A stretch of DNA of 64,000 nt from assembly GCF_020567425.1 (NCBI RefSeq), contig NZ_JAJCVJ010000002.1:535068-599067 (forward strand). Direction: 5' to 3'. How positions within the stretch are numbered: position 1 is the first letter of the stretch; each line of letters starts with the position of its first letter. The stretch comes from Salinirubrum litoreum (GTDB lineage: Archaea; Halobacteriota; Halobacteria; Halobacteriales; Haloferacaceae). The position numbers were made by a program, and so were the translations under genes. The notes under the pieces were generated by a model. That model saw nothing but the letters and a program-made list of their open reading frames with translations, made no database searches and was not told the DNA's origin. Positions 30,699 to 40,728 of this stretch are shown piece by piece.

Positions 30699-31307
30699 TC
30701 AGGGGTCGAACCGGATCAGTCCCGCCACGTCGCGGGCGAAGGCGTCCGCGTCCGACCCGAAGGAGTCGGCGTACCGCACCAGCAGCGTGATGATCGTCTC
30801 GGGTTCGACGACAGCGTAGCCGTTCTCACGCGAGAGCAGTCCCGCACGCTCCAAGTCGCCGGCGTAGTTCGAGACGGTCGCACGGGAGACGTCCAGCGCC
30901 GCCGCGAGGTCGCCGCCGGTCGCGTCGGGGTCGCGCAGGAGTTCGATCACCATCCCACGGGCGGTCGGTCGCCGGAGGTAGCCGAGCGCGGCCTGTTCGA
31001 ACTCCGAGAACTGGTCGGCCGGGTAGAAGCGCCGGTAGTCGCCGTCACGCCGGGCCTCCACGACGCCGCTGTCCAGCAGTCGTCGGAGGTGGTGCTGGGT
31101 CTCGCCGGTGCCGAGTTTCAGGTCGTCGCGGACCTTCGAGAAGTGTGCGCCGGGCGTGGCCGAGAGGTAGCCGACGATGGCGTCGCGAGCGTCGCTCTGT
31201 GACGCCTCGCCATCGTTCCGCAGGCCGACGAATGGGGTCGCGGCTCCGAGTGCCGCGAACCGTTTCAGCGTCGCCCGCTTCTCCTCGTCCACGCCACGCT
31301 CTGCCAT
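30699..31307 (-). CDS. double winged-helix transcriptional regulator
   Basis: Two wHTH-like segments (QHHLRRLLDSGVV; ATVSNYAGDLERAGLL). Confidence 0.5.
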   Translation of the reverse strand: MAERGVDEEKRATLKRFAALGAATPFVGLRNDGEASQSDARDAIVGYLSATPGAHFSKVRDDLKLGTGETQHHLRRLLDSGVVEARRDGDYRRFYPADQFSEFEQAALGYLRRPTARGMVIELLRDPDATGGDLAAALDVSRATVSNYAGDLERAGLLSRENGYAVVEPETIITLLVRYADSFGSDADAFARDVAGLIRFDP

Positions 31308-31360
31308 CTGGTTTTCCCTACGTTATCCTGCAAATAAAAGCCCTTCGCCTGTCGGCGGTG

Positions 31361-32641
31361 TTACTCGAGCTCTTTGTCGAACTCCATCTCGCCGTCGTCT
31401 TTCGATTTGGAGCCGGTGTCGTCGCCGCCGTCGGTCTCTTTCGCGGGCTCGGTTTCGGTGTCCGTCTCGCCGCTCTCGGTGTCCATCTCCGATTCCATCT
31501 GCTCGATGACGGCGTCGGCGTCCTCGATGTCGTCCATCGAGTCGGCCTCCGAGATGACCTCGTCGGCGGGCTTGATGTCGCTCATGCTCTCGCCGGACTT
31601 GATCGCCTGCGCCTCCTGTTCCATCTGCTGGACGTCCATCTCGGCGGCCTCGTCGATCTGGCCGATGATCTCCTCGATGTCGTCGAGGCCGAGCATCTCG
31701 CGGGTCTCCTCGTCGAAGTCGAGGCTGTCCAGCCCGGCCATGTCCTGCACGTCCGACCCGGTGAGCTGTTTGCCGTACCGACCGACGAGACTGGTGAGTT
31801 CCTGCGGGAGGATGAACGTCGTCGACTCGCCCTGCCCGATGTTCTCCAGCGTCTCCATCCCCTTGTCGATGATGGCACGCTCGCCCATCGACTCGGCGGA
31901 CTTCGCCCGGAGGACGGTCGAGATTGCGTCACCCTGCGCTTCCAGGATCTGGCTCTGCTTTTCACCCTGTGCGCGGATGATGTTCGACTGCTTCTCACCT
32001 TCGGCCTCCTCGACGGCGCTCCGGCGTTCACCCTGCGCTTCGAGGATCATCGCCCGACGACGCCGCTCGGCAGAGGTCTGCTGCTCCATCGCCTGCTGGA
32101 CGTCGGCCGAGGGGTTGACCTCGCGCACCTCGACCGACTCGACGCGGATCCCCCACTCGTCGGTGGGTTCGTCGAGTTCCCGGCGGATGCGGGCGTTGAT
32201 CTCCTGGCGCTTGTTCAGCGTGTCGTCGAGTTCCATGTCCCCCAGCACGGCGCGGAGCGTCGTCTGGGCGAGGTTCGAGACGGCGGTCTTGTAGTCCTCG
32301 ACCTCCAGGAACGCCTTCTTCGCGTCCATCACCTTGATGTAGACGACGGCGTCTGCGGTGACGGGCGAGTTGTCCTTGGTGATCGCCTCCTGTCGTGGCA
32401 CGTCGAGTGTCTGGGTCCGCATGTCGAACGGGTACGTCCGGGAGACGAACGGGGGGATGAAGTTGATCCCCGGTTCGAGGAGTTTCCGGTACTCCCCGAA
32501 CACCGTCAGCGCCTTCTTCTCGTAGGCGTCGACGATCTCCACCATCTGCCAGACGGTCACGACTGCCAGCAACAGGACCAACATTCCGACGAAGACCAAG
32601 CCTGCACCGAACAGCCCGGTCTGGAGTATCACGGGGTCCAT
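31361..32641 (-). CDS. SPFH/band-7 (stomatin-like) protein, second paralog, acidic C-terminal tail
   Basis: Highly similar to 17196..18398 across the SPFH domain; start at MDPVIL. Confidence 0.8.
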   Translation of the reverse strand: MDPVILQTGLFGAGLVFVGMLVLLLAVVTVWQMVEIVDAYEKKALTVFGEYRKLLEPGINFIPPFVSRTYPFDMRTQTLDVPRQEAITKDNSPVTADAVVYIKVMDAKKAFLEVEDYKTAVSNLAQTTLRAVLGDMELDDTLNKRQEINARIRRELDEPTDEWGIRVESVEVREVNPSADVQQAMEQQTSAERRRRAMILEAQGERRSAVEEAEGEKQSNIIRAQGEKQSQILEAQGDAISTVLRAKSAESMGERAIIDKGMETLENIGQGESTTFILPQELTSLVGRYGKQLTGSDVQDMAGLDSLDFDEETREMLGLDDIEEIIGQIDEAAEMDVQQMEQEAQAIKSGESMSDIKPADEVISEADSMDDIEDADAVIEQMESEMDTESGETDTETEPAKETDGGDDTGSKSKDDGEMEFDKELE

Positions 32642-32740
32642 ACTTCGGCCTTGGGTCACGGTGCCGATAAGCCTTCCCACGTGAGAGAGTGCCGGACAGG
32701 GGGGCCGACCGAGAGCGGGCGGGCCGCCGACCCGTATCGA

Positions 32741-32835
32741 CCGGCCATCTCCGACCGACAGCCACCGGTCGTCTCCGACCGACAGCCACCGGTCGTCTCC
32801 GACCTGCATCCACCGACCGTCTCCGACTCCCTCAC
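32741..32835. repeat. about 24-bp direct repeats (GTCGGAGACGACCGGTGGCTGTCG-like) x4 upstream of SPFH paralog 2
   Basis: Direct reading; contains the ACCGGT core also present in the 47-bp duplication upstream of SPFH paralog 1. Confidence 0.7.
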
Positions 32836-33542
32836 CGACCGCGCGCGATGTCGTCTGCGTGCGCCGAGACGAGATCGGCGAATGCTTCACGCTCTGCCGC
32901 CTCTCGCTCTGCTTTCGACCCATCGTGGCGCAGGAGTCGCTTCAGTGCCACCACGGCGTCGGGTTCGTTGGTCGCGATGGCCTCGGCGACCGACCGTGGA
33001 TCGTCGACGACACGCGAGACGAGACCGATTCGGCGGGCTTCATCGGCGTCGATCACGCGCCCCGACAGCGCGAGGTCCATCGCGTCGCCGGTTCGACAGA
33101 CCTCTCGCAGTCTGCCGGTTCCACCCCACGCACCGAACAGGCCGAACTGGACGCCCGGTTCGGCGAACGTCGCGTCGGGACTCCCGATGCGCAGGTCACA
33201 GGCCAGCGCGAGTTCGACACCGCCGCCGCGTGCCGGGCCGTCGATCCCGGCGACGACGACCGGTTCGGCCGACTCGATGGCGTCCGCGACACGCTGGCCG
33301 TGCCCCGCGAACGAGGCCGGATCGTCCAGATCGGCGACGACGTCGAGGTCGGCTCCGGCACAGAAGGCGGAGCCGGCACCGTGGAGGTAGACGACCGAGA
33401 CCGGGCCGCGGGCTGCCGTCTCCGAGTCGGCGGTCACGGCGGCTTCGAGTGCGTCGAGGTCGGCCGGGCGGAGCGCGTTCCGGCGATCCGGGCGGTCGAG
33501 CGTGACGACCCGGAGCCGTCCGACGGTCTCGGTTCGGATCAC
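32832..33542 (-). CDS. enoyl-CoA hydratase/isomerase family protein
   Basis: Crotonase motifs (LDRPDRRNAL, FCAGADL). Confidence 0.75.
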   Translation of the reverse strand: MIRTETVGRLRVVTLDRPDRRNALRPADLDALEAAVTADSETAARGPVSVVYLHGAGSAFCAGADLDVVADLDDPASFAGHGQRVADAIESAEPVVVAGIDGPARGGGVELALACDLRIGSPDATFAEPGVQFGLFGAWGGTGRLREVCRTGDAMDLALSGRVIDADEARRIGLVSRVVDDPRSVAEAIATNEPDAVVALKRLLRHDGSKAEREAAEREAFADLVSAHADDIARGR

Positions 33543-33601
33543 GACGTCACTTCGCGTGGGTTTCCAAAGGTCTTTGCCCTTCCTCCCGCTATCGGTGTGT
33601 A

Positions 33602-34276
33602 ATGGACGAGGCCGTGCTGGTCCGGGACACCGCCCGCGAGACCGTCGCCGACATCGAACCTGCGGAACTCGGCGACGCGCTCACCGGACTGCTCTCAGAG
33701 GCGTCGGTCGCCCCCGGCGCACTCACGCTTCTCACCGCCCGTGCGCTGGACCCCGGCGTCGACCTGCCGGGCATCGCGGAGCGTGCGGTCGGTGTCCAAC
33801 TGATCTACGACGGGCTTCGGATCACACGCCTGCTCGCACACACCGAGCCGTGGACCGCCGACGACGCCGAGGCGGCCGACATCGCGGCCGACCTGGACGT
33901 GCTGTCGGCAGTCGTGCTCGTCTCGCGTGGGTTCTATCTCTTGGCCCGGACCGAGACCGCCGGCAGAGCCGTCGCCGTGGTCCAGCAGTTCGGCCGGGAC
34001 CAGACGCTCCGCCAGCGCCCGGACGCGGACGTGGACCTGCTCGACCGGAACCTGGAGGAGGCCGTCTTCGAGTTGGCGGTCGCCACCGGCGCGACGGCGG
34101 TCGGTGGGCGCGTGGACGACGACCTGCTCGGATTCGGTCGCGGACTCGCAGACGGTGTGGACACCGACGAACTACCGCCGGCCGAGTCGTTGTTCTCGGC
34201 GGCGACGGTCGCCGAGGTGGCGCGCGTCGCCGGTGTGGGTGAGGACCGCGTGCCCCCGGTGGCAGACGACGGCTAA
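33602..34276 (+). CDS. hypothetical protein
   Basis: 224-aa acidic ORF; no family recognised. Confidence 0.35.
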   Translation: MDEAVLVRDTARETVADIEPAELGDALTGLLSEASVAPGALTLLTARALDPGVDLPGIAERAVGVQLIYDGLRITRLLAHTEPWTADDAEAADIAADLDVLSAVVLVSRGFYLLARTETAGRAVAVVQQFGRDQTLRQRPDADVDLLDRNLEEAVFELAVATGATAVGGRVDDDLLGFGRGLADGVDTDELPPAESLFSAATVAEVARVAGVGEDRVPPVADDG

Positions 34277-34332
34277 ATCGAAACGCCTAAAGACGAATCG
34301 GGCGAAGCAGTGGTTGCGCTACGATACGTGGT

Positions 34333-34404
34333 GCCTGGGTAGCTTAGCGGTAAAGCGCGTCCTTGGTAAGGACGAGAGCCCGGGTTCAAATCCCGGCCTA
34401 GGCT
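34333..34404 (+). tRNA. tRNA-Thr (anticodon GGU)
   Basis: Cloverleaf folds by hand: acceptor GCCTGGG/CCTAGGC, anticodon stem CGTCC/GGACG with loop TTGGTAA, T-arm CCGGG-TTCAAAT-CCCGG. Confidence 0.85.
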
Positions 34405-34504
34405 TCTTCTCTCCGACGGTTCACTGCCCGCGAACACGAACCACCGACCACGCAGACGTACCTCCAGCCGAAGGTTCAACACCGTTCCCACCGTAGGTGG
34501 GACC

Positions 34505-34807
34505 ATGCCGAAAGTGGACGCCAAAGGACGGGTCGTCCTCCCGAAAGCCATCAGGGAGCGACTGGGAATCGCGCCGGGGGCCGAAGTCGAGATCCGCGAG
34601 GAGGACGGGAAGGCGGTCGTCGAACTCGAAGAATCCCCCGACGAGATCATCGCAGACATCGAGGCGATGATCGACTCCCACGGTGACACCGACAGCGTGG
34701 CCGACGACGAACTCGATCCGATCTCGAAGGATCACGTCGAGACGATCCGACGGGGGACAGGATCGAATGGCGAGTCGCCAGAGGAGTCGGATGCCGGCGA
34801 CGACTGA
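34505..34807 (+). CDS. vapB: AbrB/SpoVT-type antitoxin (VapB-like)
   Basis: N-terminal KGRVVLPKAIRERLGI swapped-hairpin motif; acidic tail; stop overlaps the start of the PIN gene. Confidence 0.65.
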   Translation: MPKVDAKGRVVLPKAIRERLGIAPGAEVEIREEDGKAVVELEESPDEIIADIEAMIDSHGDTDSVADDELDPISKDHVETIRRGTGSNGESPEESDAGDD

Positions 34808-35267
34808 CGATCCGGTGCTGTTCGACGTGGGAGTGATCGCACTCGCTCACGCCGGAACGCCGGTGAGCGAGACGCCGCTGTCGTACGTCCGGAAGGCGAT
34901 AGCCGGCGAGATCGACGCCGTGATTCCACTGCCGGCGCTGGTCGGCGCACACCACGTCCTCGCGTCGGTCTACGGCTACTCCAACGCAGAGGCGTCGGCA
35001 CTCATGAGCCGACTGCTGGACGCGAGTCGCATCCACTGGTACGAGAAGACAGCGACAGAGACCGTTCGGGCGGGCTTCGAGGTGGCCGGCACTGCTAACG
35101 TCGAAGGGTGGGACGGCTTCTACGCGCGGGTCGCGAGAGAGGAGGGTGTCGAGACCGTGTTGACCCTCGACGACGATTTCGAGACGCTGGACGGGATCTC
35201 GGCAGAAGTCGTGCTGACCCCCGCCGAGTTCACCGAGTTGAACGACTATCTCGGCGACGACGACTGA
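34791..35267 (+). CDS. vapC: PIN-domain ribonuclease toxin (VapC-like)
   Basis: PIN-domain acidic residues (FDVGVIALAH, TLDDDF); overlaps vapB. Confidence 0.65.
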   Translation: MPATTDDPVLFDVGVIALAHAGTPVSETPLSYVRKAIAGEIDAVIPLPALVGAHHVLASVYGYSNAEASALMSRLLDASRIHWYEKTATETVRAGFEVAGTANVEGWDGFYARVAREEGVETVLTLDDDFETLDGISAEVVLTPAEFTELNDYLGDDD

Positions 35268-35361
35268 CCCCTTCACCGGTCGTCGGCGACCGTATTCCCC
35301 GGTTCTCACCGGCCGAGAGCCATCGTAGCCGTCCACATCACCTCCCGTCGTACCGTCACGT

Positions 35362-36231
35362 ATGACCCGCACACGCACCACACTGTTCGGGACAGACCTC
35401 CGACCGCCGGCGGTGTTCGTGCTCGCCACCGTCGTCGTCTCCGCCACGGCACTCGCCGTCTTCCGATGGCTCGCACCACAGCTCACCCTCCCCACGGGCC
35501 TGGTCGGCTTCCTCGCCACCACGACCGCGACGCTCGGCATCCTCGCCGTCACCGTCGCTATCCTCCGGTGGGAGGGCGTCCGACCGACGGCACTCGGGAT
35601 CAGTCGGTACGGGGCCGCCGTCGCACTCGGTCTCGTCGCCGGTATCTGGCTCGTCCTCAACCTCGCCGTCCTCGGGGTCGTCACCATCGCCGGCGGGGCG
35701 GTGCAGTTCGACCTGCCGAGCGGCCTCACGCCGGTCCAGTTCGGCTTCTTCCTCGTCGAGCAACTGCTGTTCGTCGGTCTGATCGAGGAGTTCGCGTGGC
35801 GCGGCTACCTCCAGTCGAAGCTGATCGACTGGGCGTCGGGGCGTGGCCTGTCGGTCACGCGGGCGCGGGCGGTCGGTCTCCTCGCCGCTGCGGTGCTGTT
35901 CGCCCTGTGGCACGTCCCGCAGCGCGTGCTGATACAGGGGCTGGGACTCGGCGAGACCGCCGGGAGTGTCGTGCTCCTCGTCGGACTCGCGCTGTTCCTC
36001 GGCCTGCTGTACGAGGCGACCCGGAGCGTCGTCTTCGTGGGACTGGTCCACGGGAGTCTGAATCTCAATCCGGTGTTCGTCACGGGCGGAGTCGCCGGCA
36101 CGACGCCTGCGTGGGTCGGCACCGCCCTCCTGTACGGCGTCCCACTGCTCGCGACGCTCGTCGCCGTGGTGGTCTACCGCCGGTACGTCGGATGGTCGGG
36201 GACACGCCCCGGCGTCGGCCCGACGGCGTGA
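35362..36231 (+). CDS. CPBP family intramembrane metalloprotease (CAAX/Abi-like)
   Basis: EEFAWRGYLQ and FALWH motifs of the CPBP family; polytopic. Confidence 0.7.
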   Translation: MTRTRTTLFGTDLRPPAVFVLATVVVSATALAVFRWLAPQLTLPTGLVGFLATTTATLGILAVTVAILRWEGVRPTALGISRYGAAVALGLVAGIWLVLNLAVLGVVTIAGGAVQFDLPSGLTPVQFGFFLVEQLLFVGLIEEFAWRGYLQSKLIDWASGRGLSVTRARAVGLLAAAVLFALWHVPQRVLIQGLGLGETAGSVVLLVGLALFLGLLYEATRSVVFVGLVHGSLNLNPVFVTGGVAGTTPAWVGTALLYGVPLLATLVAVVVYRRYVGWSGTRPGVGPTA

Positions 36232-36241
36232 GCAGTGCGAC

Positions 36242-37362
36242 TCACGCCGCTTCCACACTCGTCGGGTACTGCGACTCGGCCACCGCGAACGTCAGTGTAC
36301 TCAGCACGCCCAGCAGCGTCCCGATCAACAGCGCGATGGCCATCTCCGGCAACTCGAACCGCTGGACACCGGCGGTGCCGGCCGGGACGAACACGCCCGA
36401 CACGGCGTACAGCACGATGGCGATAGAGAGGACGTAGAAGGGGGCGTTCAGGTAGCGCCACTCGAACCGGTCCGCGAGGTACTCGTCGGTCACCTGCCCG
36501 AGACTGCTGGTGATGCCGGCGGCGGCGAACCACTGCACGGCCCCCTGCACCAGCGCCGCGAGGATCTGTGGCGCGCTCGGATCGCCGCCGACACCGGCCT
36601 CGACCGTTCGGAGCGCCTCTAAGGCCTGCACGCCGCCGACGACCAGCAGGGCCGCCGCGACGACGTAGGTGATGAGCGTGACGCGCCCGGCGTAGAGGCC
36701 GTTTCTAGCGCGTTCCGCGAGGTCGTCCACGTTGCGCTCCAGGCCCAGTCCCCGGAAGAGGACGTACAACCCGAGCAGTGCGGAAATGATCCCCAGCACC
36801 TCGACGCCCGCGAGGAACTCGAAGCTCTGGGCGACGATGACGAAGGGGTAGACGAGGAGTAAGATCCCGAGAGGCACGAGGACGGTCCCGCGCGTCTCGG
36901 GGTCCGCGAGGACCTGCTTGATCGTGTAGTACATCGACTCCAGGTTCTGCGCCTGCCGAACGACGACCCGGCGCACCCCGTCGATGGGGACCCTGGATCG
37001 GATCACCGGCAGGACCGACTCGTCCTGCGCGCCGTCGGTGATGACGATGGCCCGGACGTTCTCGCCGGTCGACAGCGCCGCCAGCACCGTGTCCACCTCG
37101 TCGCCGACCGCCCGGTTGGCCTTCACGTCGGAGCCGTCGACGCCCGTCACTGCCGCGACCTCGACCTCCTCGGCCTCGGTAGCCGCGATCTCGTCGTAGG
37201 TGTGCAGGCCCTGAAAGAGAACGTTCGAGTCGCTGTCCTCGGGATCGGAGGTGGCGAGAGCGACCGCCGCAGACTCGACCTCGTCGCGCCCGACGACCGG
37301 CGTGTCGAACGGGGTCTTCCGTCCGAGGTCGTCGTCGAGGTCGACACAGAGGACCAAGAGCA
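36242..37362 (-). CDS. DUF373-like membrane protein
   Basis: N-terminal soluble region (LVLCVDLDDDLG) followed by multiple TM helices, typical of the archaeal DUF373 family. Confidence 0.5.
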
Positions 37363-37569
37363 TCGGTGTCACAGTTCGCCCGGATCGTTTAACTCCCTTT
37401 CGGGGTCGAACCGGTGAGGTACGGTGACACGACGACTCGCCCGGGAGGTCCTCTCGCGTGTCGGTGGCGGCGACGTCTCGGAGACGGAGAGGGACCGTGG
37501 GCCGGTGGCGCACGGGCGGCGAGAGTCGCACGGCTTTTGACGCTCGGGGCAGTAGACGCTCGATACCGA

Positions 37570-38565
37570 ATGATCTCGAAGGGCTGTGAACAGTGCGCCG
37601 AGGGTGGCAAGATGGTCATGTTCGTCTACGGCTACTGCGACCAGCGGGACTGTTTCTACTGCCCGCTGGGTGAGAACCGCAAGAACGTGACCGACGTGTA
37701 CGCCAACGAGCGTCTCGTCGAGTCGGACGAGGACGTGCTCGAGGAAGCGCGCCGGATGGACGCGCTCGGCACGTCGATCACCGGCGGGGAGCCACAGGAG
37801 GCGCTCGACCGCACCTGCCACTACCTCTCGCTTCTCAAGGAGGAGTTCGGCGAAGACCATCACACGCACCTCTACACCGGCATCCCCGGCGGCCGGGAGA
37901 ACATGCGCCGCCTCTCGGAAGCCGGACTGGACGAGATCCGGTTCCACCCGCCCTTGGAACTGTGGGGCGACCTCCACGGGACCGAGTGGGAGGAGATCCT
38001 CTACGTCGCCCGCGAGGAGGGGCTGACGCCGGCCTTCGAGATCCCCGGCATCCGGCCGGAGCCGGAGTTCCTGGAGTTCTTGGACGAGGGCGCGGCCGAC
38101 TTCTGTAACATCAACGAGTTCGAGATGTCCGACGGGAACTACCGCCGGATGCAGGAGGCCGGCTTCGAGTTGCAGGAGGGCCACATGTCGGCCGTCGACG
38201 GCTCGAAGCAGGCGATTCTCGACGAGATGGGCGACCACGAGCGCGTCTACTTCTGTACCTCCGTGTTCAAGGACGCCGCCCAGCACCGGAACCGCCTGAA
38301 GCGCATGGCGAAGAACGTCTCGCGGCAGTTCGACGAGATCACCGACGACGGGACCCTGGTCTACGGGAAGACGTACACGCCCGCCGAGCGCTTCGCCGAA
38401 CTGGGCGTGCCCGAGGAGTTCTACGCCGCGAAGACGAACCACGTGGAGGTCGCGTGGTGGCTCTTGGAGGAGATGGTCGACGAGGGCGACGTGGACGACG
38501 GCGAGATCGTCGAGCAGTATCCCACAGTGGACGGGACCGTGGTGGAGCGCACGCCACTGGCCTGA
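37570..38565 (+). CDS. radical SAM protein (COG2108-like)
   Basis: CDQRDCFYC CxxxCxxC motif near the N-terminus; 332 aa. Confidence 0.7.
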   Translation: MISKGCEQCAEGGKMVMFVYGYCDQRDCFYCPLGENRKNVTDVYANERLVESDEDVLEEARRMDALGTSITGGEPQEALDRTCHYLSLLKEEFGEDHHTHLYTGIPGGRENMRRLSEAGLDEIRFHPPLELWGDLHGTEWEEILYVAREEGLTPAFEIPGIRPEPEFLEFLDEGAADFCNINEFEMSDGNYRRMQEAGFELQEGHMSAVDGSKQAILDEMGDHERVYFCTSVFKDAAQHRNRLKRMAKNVSRQFDEITDDGTLVYGKTYTPAERFAELGVPEEFYAAKTNHVEVAWWLLEEMVDEGDVDDGEIVEQYPTVDGTVVERTPLA

Positions 38566-38669
38566 ACGCGGCTCCTCGGTCGACTGTGCCGACTCGTTCG
38601 AGCACTGCACCACCAGTCACCCGACGACGCGACCACCACTGGACTCCGACAGGACGGGACCCCAACAGG

Positions 38670-38965
38670 ACGCGAGCTGGTGGCGACCGGAATCGAGCAG
38701 TGTCCGAGCGACAGCGAGGACCTGCTGGCAGTCCGCGTCGCCAGCAGTCGGGGAGGGGTGGGAACTACTGCGCGAGTTCGGGTTCCAAGCCGGCAGGCGA
38801 CACGCCGGGTCACGACCAGTAACTGCACGATGGATCGCAGAGTCGGGGGGGGGACTGAAAGAGTCCGGGGGCTTTCACCTCCCGTCGTTCGTGTCGGATG
38901 CGACCGAGTTCGCTCCGACGTATCGACCCGAGTTCACACCACTCGCGTGTCGGTCACCTCACCCC
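38670..38965 (+). repeat. dispersed structured repeat, copy B (short form, plus orientation)
   Basis: Aligns with the revcomp of copy A and with both ends of copy C; lacks the central about 230 bp of the long form. Confidence 0.7.
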
Positions 38966-40071
38966 TCGAAGCCGTCCTCCCACCGGAACGTGCCGTTCCG
39001 CTGGACGACCTCGCCGTCGACTTCCAGCCGCGAGTCGCCCGACATGTCTGTGATCATGTCGGTGTGGATCGCACTGTCGTTGCCCGACTCGCCCTCGGGC
39101 AGACAGGCGTCGTAGGCCCGGCCGAGCGCGAGGTGGACCGTCTCGCCCATCTTCTCGTCGAACAGGATGTTGTCCGTGAACCGGTCGATACCGCGGTTCA
39201 TCCCGATGCCGAGTTCGCCGAGGCGACGTGCGCCCGCGTCGGTGTCCAGCAGGTCCGCCAGCACGGTTTCACCGGCCTCGGCCGTGAAGTCGACGACCTC
39301 GCCGTCTTCGAAGGTGAGGCGGACGTCCCGGACGCGGGTGTCGTTGATCGTCATCGGCACGTCGAAGTGGACCTCGCCCTCGACGCTGTCTTCGACCGGC
39401 GCGGTGAACACCTCGCCGGAGGGGAGGTTGTGCGAGTCGTACGCGACCGACGCCGCCGAGTTCACCGCCGTCCGGCCCGCGACGGACATCGTGAGGTCGG
39501 TGCCCTCGCGGACGATCCGCACCTCGTCGCCGTCGTCCAGAATCTCCTTCATCCGGGCCATCTCCTCGGCCAGCGACTCCCAGTCCCGCAGAATCGCGTC
39601 GTAGACGAAGTCCCGGTACTCCTCGAAGGCCATCCCGGCCTGCTGGGCGAGCGACCGAGTCGGATGGATCGTCGCCACCCAGTCGGTGGCGAGGCGTGCC
39701 TGTCGGATCGCCTTCGTCGCCTTCGCGTGGGCCTGTCGTATCTCGCCCGGGACGTCCGCCATCGCCGTGGTGTTGTGTCCTCCGCGGATCGAGAGGTAGG
39801 CGTCGGCCGACTCACACAGCGCGAGTTCGTGGGCCGGATCGGCCGTGAACTCGCCGTCGAACGCTTCGTGGCCCTGGAGGTACGCGCGGGTCAGTTCGTC
39901 CGACTGGCGGACGAAGACGGGGTTCGCGCCCCGTTCGCCGAGCAGTCGCGCGACCGCGACGCCCAGATCGTGGGTGCCCTCGTCCAGCGAGACGATCACG
40001 TCGTCGCCCGCCTCGATCCGCGCGCTCCAGTCGACCAGCGTCTCCGCGTGACGTCGCACTCGCTCGTCCAT
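38959..40071 (-). CDS. M29 family aminopeptidase (AmpS/PepS-like)
   Basis: 370 aa; M29 thermophilic aminopeptidase pattern. Confidence 0.7.
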   Translation of the reverse strand: MDERVRRHAETLVDWSARIEAGDDVIVSLDEGTHDLGVAVARLLGERGANPVFVRQSDELTRAYLQGHEAFDGEFTADPAHELALCESADAYLSIRGGHNTTAMADVPGEIRQAHAKATKAIRQARLATDWVATIHPTRSLAQQAGMAFEEYRDFVYDAILRDWESLAEEMARMKEILDDGDEVRIVREGTDLTMSVAGRTAVNSAASVAYDSHNLPSGEVFTAPVEDSVEGEVHFDVPMTINDTRVRDVRLTFEDGEVVDFTAEAGETVLADLLDTDAGARRLGELGIGMNRGIDRFTDNILFDEKMGETVHLALGRAYDACLPEGESGNDSAIHTDMITDMSGDSRLEVDGEVVQRNGTFRWEDGFEG

Positions 40072-40172
40072 ACCGACCGCTGGTGGGGGGAGGCAAAAAC
40101 GACGGCGGTCGGTGAGGGACGGCGAGGAGGTGGCCGACGGCCTGTCGGCGCCCGACAGGCGACCGCCGCGCC

Positions 40173-40571
40173 TCAGTCGAGGAGATCCAGTACTCGCGTC
40201 AGGTCGCGGCCGTACTGTGCCAGCGCGTCGTCCAGCGTGACGACGCCGACGAAGCCGTCGTCGTCGACGACGATCGCTCGCTGTGCGCCGGTGTCACCGA
40301 GCAGGCCGACGAACGTCGAAAGATCGGCCGACGCCTGTACCGTCACCGGCTCACCCGACAGTAACTCGCCGGCCGTGACGCTCCCGAGGTCGGTGCCCGC
40401 GACGTAGGCCCGGCCGATGTCCGCCGGCGAGAGCAGGCCGACTGGCTGGTTCTCCGCCAACACGACGACGTACTCGAGGTCGCGCTCGCGCATCGCTCTC
40501 GTCACGTCACCGACCGGTGTGTCCGGCCCGGCGGTGACGACCGTCGTTCGGGTGATGTCGATGATCGGCAT
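40173..40571 (-). CDS. CBS domain pair protein
   Basis: 132 aa; two CBS motifs. Confidence 0.75.
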   Translation of the reverse strand: MPIIDITRTTVVTAGPDTPVGDVTRAMRERDLEYVVVLAENQPVGLLSPADIGRAYVAGTDLGSVTAGELLSGEPVTVQASADLSTFVGLLGDTGAQRAIVVDDDGFVGVVTLDDALAQYGRDLTRVLDLLD

Positions 40572-40728
40572 ACTGTTCGGTCTCTCCTAGGGACCACGAG
40601 AGCCTAAAGCCAGCGGCGACGTGTGGTACCGACACGGATTCGGCTGGTTCCCATCGGCGGTCTGTGACGACGCCGAGACGCCGACGAATCACCGAGCTAC
40701 ATTCCACAGCGTGTCGTCCGTGTAGACG

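Noticed and set aside
30699-31307. RRFAALGAATP near the N-terminus of the wHTH regulator as a Tat signal
   Set aside because: It is followed by hydrophilic sequence and two DNA-binding-like segments, so a cytoplasmic regulator is more plausible than a secreted protein.
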